Of a DNA stretch of 64,000 nucleotides, positions 57,126 to 64,000 are shown in pieces. The stretch spans positions 1 to 64,000 of the forward strand of contig JAVYOA010000009.1 of the NCBI GenBank assembly GCA_038734945.1, read 5' to 3'. This DNA is from Fervidicoccaceae archaeon (GTDB lineage Archaea; Thermoproteota; Thermoprotei_A; Sulfolobales; Fervidicoccaceae). The translations under genes were made by a program, and so were the position numbers. The notes beneath the pieces are model-generated. The model was given only the letters and a program-made list of their open reading frames with translations, had not been told where the DNA came from and did not search any database. The stretch's first letter is position 1, and every line of letters starts with the position of its first letter.

Positions 57126-58658
57126 TTAAATAGGATGTACTCTTTTCCCACCAATATAGCTTTCAAGCACTCGAAGTGATGCTAGATCCTCGTTGAAAGG
57201 ATCACCGCTGACAATTACGAAGTCTGCAAAGTTCCCAGGCTCTAGCCTTCCAATGCCTTCTGCTCTCATCAGCTTTGCTGAACCAGCTGTATAAGCATGG
57301 AGAGCCTCCTCGATGCTCAGCCTTTCATCTCTAGTTAGATTGAACAGCTCCACCCCCTCCTTTTCTCCTCTATTAACAGCTGCATCGAGCGTGATCCAAG
57401 GATCAAGAGGCTCAACAGGAGAATCGGTTGAAAAGCCAATATCTATACCCGCTTTCATCATTGTTTTGAATCGATAAGCATATTTAGCTCTCTCCATGCC
57501 AAGCCTTTTCACGAGCCACCAGTCTGATATTATGAAATGAGGCTGTACCGAAGCTCCAATACCAAGTGAAGCCAGTTTTTGTATCTGGTCGTCCATAACA
57601 ATTGAGGCATGCTCCACCCTCCCCAGGTTTCCTCTAATTCCCGACTTCTTAAAAGCCCCAATTACATTGTCTAGGGCAGCATCGCCTATAGCATGAATTG
57701 CACTCTGGAGCCCCAGCTCCTTGGCTCTATTGGACCAATAAGCTAGCTCGTTCTCTCCCATAACAGCTACACCACTTGTCTCTGGGCTATCAGCATATGG
57801 TTGAGACAGAAGGGCCGTTCTCGCACCTAAACTACCATCAGCAAACAGTTTTATGCCATTAATCCTGAGAAGCTCGTGATCAATTGAACCATTTACCTGC
57901 TTGAGAGCATCGATTTCCTTGTAATCGAGATAGACAAAGACTCTGGTTCTAAGCTCATTCCTTTCATTCATCATTTTCAGGATTTCGAGGTCTTTTATCT
58001 TAGCTGACATGAAACCAACAGAGGTGACACCAAGCCTAGCTGCCTCCATTGTTGCTTTCATCATAATTTCGTGTTTATCCATCCACTCTGTCATCCTAGT
58101 GAGAACTATTCCAACTAGATCCTCAAAGATCACTCCAGTAGGTTCACCTTTATCATCCCTCTGGATGTAGTCTTCCATGCCCTCCTCAAGGGCAATTTCT
58201 AGAGCCAGGCTATTGAGGACAGCAGCATGCCCGCATACTCTAACAAGTACAACAGGGATATCGCTGATTACAGCATCTAAATCTGAGGCTCTGGGCCATC
58301 TTCCCTCGGAGAAAAGCTCCTGATCCCATCCCCTTCCTATTATAACTTTCTCTCCCCCCTTTCTGAAGCTGGAAAGCTTCCCTTTGAGCTCACTTATCGA
58401 TTTTGTACCTCTCAAATCCAAAGTCATGAGGCTTATTCCAAGGCTGTTTAAATGCATGTGAGAGTCGATGAAACCAGGGAGGACAATTTTCCCCCTTCTA
58501 TCTATTATTTCTCCTCCGAGCTCTTTTGCCTTTTTTATGGCAGATTCCTCATCTCCCAAAAATACAACCTTTCCATCACTTACAACCATTCCTTTTGCTG
58601 TCTTTATTGGGTTAAACGAAGCGTATATCTTTCCAAGCAAAGCAAAAGCTTCCATCAT
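57126..58658 (-). CDS. YtcJ-like metal-dependent amidohydrolase
   Basis: PGFIDSHMH, GWD, CGH...NS, KLFADGSLGARTA, HAIGD, RVEHAS, STDSPV, YT.GSA. Confidence 0.9.
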   Translation of the reverse strand: MMEAFALLGKIYASFNPIKTAKGMVVSDGKVVFLGDEESAIKKAKELGGEIIDRRGKIVLPGFIDSHMHLNSLGISLMTLDLRGTKSISELKGKLSSFRKGGEKVIIGRGWDQELFSEGRWPRASDLDAVISDIPVVLVRVCGHAAVLNSLALEIALEEGMEDYIQRDDKGEPTGVIFEDLVGIVLTRMTEWMDKHEIMMKATMEAARLGVTSVGFMSAKIKDLEILKMMNERNELRTRVFVYLDYKEIDALKQVNGSIDHELLRINGIKLFADGSLGARTALLSQPYADSPETSGVAVMGENELAYWSNRAKELGLQSAIHAIGDAALDNVIGAFKKSGIRGNLGRVEHASIVMDDQIQKLASLGIGASVQPHFIISDWWLVKRLGMERAKYAYRFKTMMKAGIDIGFSTDSPVEPLDPWITLDAAVNRGEKEGVELFNLTRDERLSIEEALHAYTAGSAKLMRAEGIGRLEPGNFADFVIVSGDPFNEDLASLRVLESYIGGKRVHPI

Positions 58659-58714
58659 CTTACCACCGAGGACTCAAAAATTGAATTATGAGAATAAAGC
58701 TACAAGTTAAATAT

Positions 58715-59047
58715 TTAACTTCTTCCCTTGGGCTCTACCTTCCTTTCATATATTGCGTGAATTACCCTGGGAACTTTCTCAGAGCATTCGCCTACAATCT
58801 TCCCAACAAAATCTCCCTTTTGGAACGGTCTCTCCGAAATCTCTCCGCCATTTCCAAGGCACTTTATAACTGTAACAGTTTCATAGTTATCCTGCGTTCT
58901 CTTTGGTTGCATTTGAATCATTATGTAGTATAGAAATGTGAGGGAAATTGCCATTAGAAGAAGAGTTAAGATCCCCTGGACTTCTGGAGAAAGTATTGTG
59001 CTATTGTTCCCAAAGAGCTGAAGTGAAGCCTGAGCAGGATTGAGCAT
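58715..59047 (-). CDS. Small membrane-anchored hypothetical protein
   Basis: One TM segment, then T.I.C...RPF..GDFV....C..I..IY. Co-oriented with DUF1512. Confidence 0.65.
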   Translation of the reverse strand: MLNPAQASLQLFGNNSTILSPEVQGILTLLLMAISLTFLYYIMIQMQPKRTQDNYETVTVIKCLGNGGEISERPFQKGDFVGKIVGECSEKVPRVIHAIYERKVEPKGRS

Positions 59048-59056
59048 GCTATCACC

Positions 59057-60160
59057 TCACAAAATTCCTACAGTATTTCCTATTCCTGCAATTATTACGC
59101 TCTGCCCCTCTGGTGCTTTTCTAACTAGTTCCTTCACTCTCTCTACAGCTTTCTCAACAGCATCGCTTATTTCCTTCTTCATGGTCAATATTGCTTCCTC
59201 CATGCTCATTTTCACAATTATGGCATGGAGAGGCACTCCATAAGCAGATGCTGCCCTTTCTATTCTTATCTTCTCTGGACCAACATCACCTATAGCAGCT
59301 CCAGCTCCTTCAGCTACTTCTCCTGTAGGCTCACCCTCCAGCTTAAGTGCCGCATCAACTGTAATTATCATCCCAACTTTTTCATTTCTCTCGCTCAGCT
59401 TTCTAAGAAGCTCCTCTACAGCGAAGCCCGGGTGCCCTACGTTGCTCTCCGGACCGCTTGCCTTGATTAGATATACTTTTCTATTCTCTATTTGGCTTTC
59501 ATAGTACACAGTATCTTTGACAATCTCTGTTGGAGTAGCAGATGGTCCAACAAGCCTTTGAACAAGAAGTGCTCCAGCCCCATCTCCAATCGGCTTTCCT
59601 TCCAAGAATACATCGAGAGCTTTGCTGTATGCCTCTGCCTGTTTTATTATGGTTGGAAGAACCATTTCCAACTGCATTATCAGTATCCAGTTGTTTGTTT
59701 TCTGCCCTGTGATTAATAGATGCCTCACATATTTGTACACAAAGGTGAGCGCTGCGCTTATCTCTAGGGCTGTGGAGGCTATGCTTCTCTCAACCTTTCC
59801 AGCATTTGGGAGGGCTTCCTTAATTATTCCCTCTAGCCTCTCCTCCCTCGTCGAAAAGAGAACATCCATCCTCTTTATTATGTCAGTCGGTTCTATGCTG
59901 ACTGGCTCAATTGTGAAGTAGTTTATTCCTCTCTCTACAACTTGTTCCGGTTTCTCCAGCCCTAAATTCCTCATATAGCTCATTGTCTTGCTCTGTGAGT
60001 CATTCATCATTTTCTCCAAAATTCCAAGCTTCATTTTTATGTTTCTCGATGATATGTATATCTGGAATTTCTGATTGAATCCCAAGAAGAGTAGCATGAA
60101 TATGACTAGAAAGGCTAACTGTGAAATAGCCGATATCCAATCAGTTATTGTTGAGGACAA
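59057..60160 (-). CDS. DUF1512 family protein
   Basis: N-terminal TM, PIGDGAG, KA.GP...VG.PG, ITVDAALKLEGE, G.GPEK, GIGNTVGI. Confidence 0.82.
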   Translation of the reverse strand: MSSTITDWISAISQLAFLVIFMLLFLGFNQKFQIYISSRNIKMKLGILEKMMNDSQSKTMSYMRNLGLEKPEQVVERGINYFTIEPVSIEPTDIIKRMDVLFSTREERLEGIIKEALPNAGKVERSIASTALEISAALTFVYKYVRHLLITGQKTNNWILIMQLEMVLPTIIKQAEAYSKALDVFLEGKPIGDGAGALLVQRLVGPSATPTEIVKDTVYYESQIENRKVYLIKASGPESNVGHPGFAVEELLRKLSERNEKVGMIITVDAALKLEGEPTGEVAEGAGAAIGDVGPEKIRIERAASAYGVPLHAIIVKMSMEEAILTMKKEISDAVEKAVERVKELVRKAPEGQSVIIAGIGNTVGIL

Positions 60161-60257
60161 TCGTTACACTCTCCTACTCTCAAGTTTTTTTTCAGTACTG
60201 CGCAGATAATTAATTTATTCCAAATATAAATGCTCTCTTGATAAGGAAACCCAAATA

Positions 60258-60340
60258 TGCGGGGGGTGGGATTTGAACCCACGCTGGCCTACGCCAACGG
60301 ATCTTGAGTCCGCCCCCTTAGTCCGCTCGGGCACCCCCGC
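60258..60340 (-). tRNA. tRNA-Leu(CAA)
   Basis: Reverse complement GCGGGGGTGCCCGAGCGGACTAAGGGG GCGGA CT CAA GA TCCGT, long variable arm, GTGGGTTCAAATCCCAC CCCCCGC A. Confidence 0.95.
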
Positions 60341-60379
60341 TCACTAAAAACTTTTCCTCGGGGAATAATTAAGTTTTTA

Positions 60380-61000
60380 ATGTCCCACGAAAAACTTCTT
60401 TCCCACCGTGGAGGGCTCAAGTTGCTAGATGCTGTCCTTCAGGGAATTGCTCTGGGAATAAGTCTTGCTGCTCCTCCTGGGCCTGTTAATGCTATAATAG
60501 CCTCAAAGAGCCTGAGGAGCTGGAAAAGAGGAGCATCGGTTGGATTCGGTGCACTTACTGCAGATTTGATATTTATGATAATGAGCGTCTATCTTGGTTA
60601 TCTTATCCCACCTAAATTTATGCCCGCAATCTCTCTTCTCGGATTCGCCTTTCTTGCTTGGCTTGCTTATGGGGTCCTCAAGTCCTCTGCTTCATACACG
60701 GAAAAAGTAAAGGAAAAAAGCGGATCTAGCTATTTTACTGGGCTGGCCATGGGTCTAACAAACCCATTCCAGATAATGTGGTGGGTTACAGTTGGAGTTT
60801 CTCTTGTGAAAAGCCTCGGTCTCCAAATATTTTTGGGCTTCGTTTTTGGTATAGCTTCCTGGGTGATATCTTTCTCTTATCTGATTAACAGGTTTGGCTT
60901 CTCTCGAAAGTTTGCTGTAGCAATAAAATGGTTCAGCTTTATAACACTGTCGGCATTCTCAATATACTTGTTGTATACAGCCGTGACTCTCCTCATTTAG
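60380..61000 (+). CDS. LysE-family amino acid exporter
   Basis: G.SLAAPPGPVN, G.GA..AD, G....LTNP..I.WW. Confidence 0.88.
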   Translation: MSHEKLLSHRGGLKLLDAVLQGIALGISLAAPPGPVNAIIASKSLRSWKRGASVGFGALTADLIFMIMSVYLGYLIPPKFMPAISLLGFAFLAWLAYGVLKSSASYTEKVKEKSGSSYFTGLAMGLTNPFQIMWWVTVGVSLVKSLGLQIFLGFVFGIASWVISFSYLINRFGFSRKFAVAIKWFSFITLSAFSIYLLYTAVTLLI

Positions 61001-61634
61001 ATTCAAGAGCCAGAATGAGCTCTACTGGTTCTCTCTCTATAACTTCATCTGCTACTTTCATTAGCTGCGACTTTGCCTCAGAAACAACGATCAGCTCAAC
61101 TCCACCGAACACCTTTGATACCCACGGTATCAGAGCCCCTGGAAGGAGCTGATCAGCTTTTCCGAGCACAAGCATGCTATCACTCGACATTGATATCCTA
61201 ACAGCTCTGTCAATTCTCCTCGAGAACCACTCCATCCTGTTGCTGAACATTGGTGTTATTGGAGAACCACAAGCTGGGCAGATCTTAGGAGCTGAGTGTG
61301 ATGGAAAGGATCTTCCACACTTGATGCAGAAATGCTTTCTAGCATCACCTAGGAAATCAACTTTTTCCACATTATCTGGGAAAAAATCTGCTAAAGACGG
61401 GGACAAAAAAACTATTCCTGATAGCTTGAAGAGCGAAGAGAGAATTTGAATCATCTTCTCTTCTTTATCTTTCCTTTTTCTCAGCTCGTTGTAGCATTCT
61501 CGCAATTCAAAGTCTGTTGAAGAAAGAGGATCCATAATGAAGCTTAGGCACGCATCAGGAATTGTCAGAGAAAAAAAGACTATCACAGACTTATCTCTCA
61601 ATAGACTTTTTAGGATGAGGGCATCATCCAACAT
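60993..61634 (-). CDS. Degenerate Sir2/CobB-like protein with Zn ribbon
   Basis: CIKCG...CPACG..I.P, then SD.MLVLG and ADEVI in sirtuin order. GAG.S, TQN.D and HG motifs absent. Confidence 0.5.
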   Translation of the reverse strand: MLDDALILKSLLRDKSVIVFFSLTIPDACLSFIMDPLSSTDFELRECYNELRKRKDKEEKMIQILSSLFKLSGIVFLSPSLADFFPDNVEKVDFLGDARKHFCIKCGRSFPSHSAPKICPACGSPITPMFSNRMEWFSRRIDRAVRISMSSDSMLVLGKADQLLPGALIPWVSKVFGGVELIVVSEAKSQLMKVADEVIEREPVELILALESK

Positions 61635-61637
61635 TCT

Positions 61638-62243
61638 CTATTTCAGCCTCATAAGCGCTACATTTCTCTTCTCTACATCGATTAATGCATATCTTCCGCT
61701 CTTTAGTGCACCAGGGTTTACTATAAGTGTTTGACCGATTATCTCATATCCAAACGATTCATGTATATGTCCGTGCATATGCAATATAGCTCCAAATTCT
61801 TCATCCAGCTCCCTTAACTCAGGGAGTCCTGCATGCACAGAGCCCATGGCAAGATCCGTGGATGTGGATAGAGGAGGATGATGAGAGAGAATAATTATAT
61901 CTCTTCCTCTATAAAGAGGAAGCATCTCCTTCACTCTTGTGTATGATGAGTAAAAGCTCAACCCACCTATTCCTGCTATCACATAGTTGTCCAATTCAAT
62001 GACCTTCGAATCAATGTTGAAATTTTCCCTCGAGAACTCCTTTGCTATAGAGATATCGTCCATGTTCCCTGGAACGAAAACAATTGAAGAGGAAATCGCC
62101 TTAAGTAGATCAACCACGTCTCCATTGCATTCAACATCTCCATGGACTGCTAACAAATCAAACTGCAGGGATGCGCTTTCCTCCCTCAATCTTTTTAAGT
62201 TTGCTACATTACAGTGAATGTCCCCCAGCTGGAGGATCTTCAA
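61638..62243 (-). CDS. Icc-like metallophosphoesterase
   Basis: GDIH, GD, PGNMD, SHHPP, HGHIHE, NPG. Confidence 0.88.
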   Translation of the reverse strand: MKILQLGDIHCNVANLKRLREESASLQFDLLAVHGDVECNGDVVDLLKAISSSIVFVPGNMDDISIAKEFSRENFNIDSKVIELDNYVIAGIGGLSFYSSYTRVKEMLPLYRGRDIIILSHHPPLSTSTDLAMGSVHAGLPELRELDEEFGAILHMHGHIHESFGYEIIGQTLIVNPGALKSGRYALIDVEKRNVALMRLK

Positions 62244-62320
62244 TCAACATCAGCCCAAAGCGCTATTGGAAGAAATCGTTAATAAACCAATTTAGCAAAC
62301 TTCAAGTGGGTAGGAGCAAT

Positions 62321-62599
62321 ATGCCAAAGCAAAAGAAAGAGGAGAAAGGACAGACGGGAAGGAGCGCGATTCAGCAGGCAGAAATGAACGTATCCGCACC
62401 AACTGAGCTCATAAGGAGAGCTGAGAGAGAGGTAAAGGGAATGGAGTACATAACCCCATTTTCCCTAGCACAGAAGCTCGGAGTCTCGCTGAGCACTTCA
62501 AAGAAGATTCTAAAGGCTCTCGAGCAAAATAAGCTGATTGAGGCTGTAAACAGAAACAGAAGATCTCCCATATATATTTCAAAAAAGAATGAGCAGTAA
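62321..62599 (+). CDS. rps25e: 30S ribosomal protein S25e
   Basis: ITPF.LA.K..VS.S..K.IL..L...LI...NRRSPIY. Start at ATG 62321 after AGGAG. Confidence 0.85.
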   Translation: MPKQKKEEKGQTGRSAIQQAEMNVSAPTELIRRAEREVKGMEYITPFSLAQKLGVSLSTSKKILKALEQNKLIEAVNRNRRSPIYISKKNEQ

Positions 62600-62779
62600 A
62601 TTTCTCAATTAATAATTTAAAAAACTGATTTTTGCTCAAAATTTTTTGGAAAAGGTTTATTTAGTAGAAGAAACTTTAATGCGATCTCTGAATGCAAAGC
62701 TCCCTAGAATATGGAGCATAAGCATATAAGAAAGTGATTCGAATATAAAAATGGAATAAAAAATTGGGGTGAAATTAAA

Positions 62780-63139
62780 ATGAAGCTAAAGTCCATCTAC
62801 GAGGATGAGGATGTGGTCGTTGAGGTAGGACCTCATGACGACGAAATCCCGCAACTCATAATGGATCTCTTCAAGAGAAGAAAGAGACCAATGACATGGC
62901 AGCAGCTGAGAGAGCACTTCAGCGCTGTTATCGGGGAAGATAGGCTGAGAAGAGCTCTGAGACAGCTAGTTAAGGAGGAGAAACTTGTTCAGCTAAACAG
63001 AACGACGTATGCAGATCCAGATACGCTGACACCAGAAATGATAGAGGAGCTCGAGGCAAAAAGAAGGATATATTCAGCTAGAGCAAGAAGCTACCTCTAT
63101 GAGTCTATGAGAAGGAGCCTTGAGTCGGAGTCCAACTGA
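62780..63139 (+). CDS. Winged-helix putative transcription regulator
   Basis: PMTW..LR..FS...GEDRLRR.L..L...L.....T.Y wHTH pattern. GGGGTG RBS. Confidence 0.65.
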   Translation: MKLKSIYEDEDVVVEVGPHDDEIPQLIMDLFKRRKRPMTWQQLREHFSAVIGEDRLRRALRQLVKEEKLVQLNRTTYADPDTLTPEMIEELEAKRRIYSARARSYLYESMRRSLESESN

Positions 63140-64000
63140 TCAAACTTCAATCAACACATCCATTCTGTTCAAAGGCTTCCCCCCATTCTCTGTAACAACT
63201 ACAGTATTTTCCACTCTCATGCCGAGCTTTCTCGGTATATAGAATCCAGGCTCTATGGTCACAACATCTCCCTCCATGAGGACTTCCTCGCTTGCAGGGG
63301 ACAATGTTGGTGGCTCATGGACCTCAACTCCTACACCATGACCCAGTGAGTGTATGAAGTTGATGTCCAGTCTCCTCCATGAAAGAGCACTCCTCGCCTT
63401 TAGGTCCACCTCCTTTGCAGGTATTCCAGCCCTAAGCATATCCAACGATTCGGAATAGGCAGAAATAAGGGACTCAAGCAAGGGCCTATAGGATGATGCT
63501 CCAAAGAGAATAGTTCTTGTCATATCTGAACAATATGAACCCTTTTTCGCACCTAGGTCAAAGACAACAGCATTCCCCCTCCTCAGCTTCCTTTCTCCAG
63601 GGATAGCATGTGGGTTTGAGGCATTTTCTTCTATAGCAACAATCGGATCGAATGCCAAAGCATCAGCACCCTCTCTAAATATAGTGGAAAGAAGCTCTGC
63701 ATAGATCTCCTTTTCGCTTAATCCTGGTCTCAGTATGTTGATTATCCTTTCAAGAGCTCTTTCGGATATTTCCGAAGCTTTTGAAATTAGCTCAATTTCT
63801 TCTGTCATTTTTATTCTTCTGACCATAGTGATTTCCCTGGAGGCATTAACTACTCTCTTTTTCTTCAAAACTTCCTGAAAGGAGTTGAGCAAAATGGGAT
63901 CGGAATCTACTGCAAGGCTTTCAATGCCTTCGGAGATTTTTGAAACAGCGTCAGCCACAGACCCCAATATCACCGGATAGTCTGGGTGGCTGTTGAATGC
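63140..64000 (-). CDS. pepQ: Xaa-Pro peptidase (M24B), 5' end beyond window
   Basis: PH, D.GA...Y.SDMTRT, HSLGHGVG.EVHE.P, TIEPG.Y, RVE. Frame stays open to 64000. Confidence 0.9.
   Translation of the reverse strand, partial: AFNSHPDYPVILGSVADAVSKISEGIESLAVDSDPILLNSFQEVLKKKRVVNASREITMVRRIKMTEEIELISKASEISERALERIINILRPGLSEKEIYAELLSTIFREGADALAFDPIVAIEENASNPHAIPGERKLRRGNAVVFDLGAKKGSYCSDMTRTILFGASSYRPLLESLISAYSESLDMLRAGIPAKEVDLKARSALSWRRLDINFIHSLGHGVGVEVHEPPTLSPASEEVLMEGDVVTIEPGFYIPRKLGMRVENTVVVTENGGKPLNRMDVLIEV

Overview
Gene-dense chromosomal segment of a thermophilic crenarchaeon (Thermoproteota). This is inferred from rpS25e, a stand-alone ThrRS editing protein, TFE, PAN, PsmB, PCNA, EgsA and BHB-type tRNA introns. 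Most of the window is housekeeping and peptide-fermentation genes: Opp ATPases, IadA, NadM, RtcA, Dph5, GlmS, RadA, PAN, an MBF1-HflX-Trm56-TFE operon, and AcdA-IorAB. Features worth attention: (i) a seven-gene cyclase/FdrA/DUF1116/DUF2877/XdhC/MocA operon, with the FdrA C-terminal module split off as an unannotated 56-aa ORF, converging on an unknown GNAT-like gene; (ii) a tRNA-Trp with two introns (30/31 and 37/38), the second carrying a C/D-box-like guide; (iii) a RadA P-loop mini-intein; (iv) a ferritin-encapsulin fusion; (v) an orphan C5 cytosine methyltransferase inside an RNA-modification/transcription operon; (vi) a surface phosphoesterase, stalked protein and AfuABC-like importer cluster in which two genes share an identical 123-nt Thr-rich linker; (vii) an exact 127-nt repeat linking two Opp ATPase gene ends; (viii) several degenerate enzyme domains (GlmU-like, ThiD, Sir2). 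I saw no CRISPR array, rRNA, integrase or intact transposase. All product calls come from motif recognition, not database searches.
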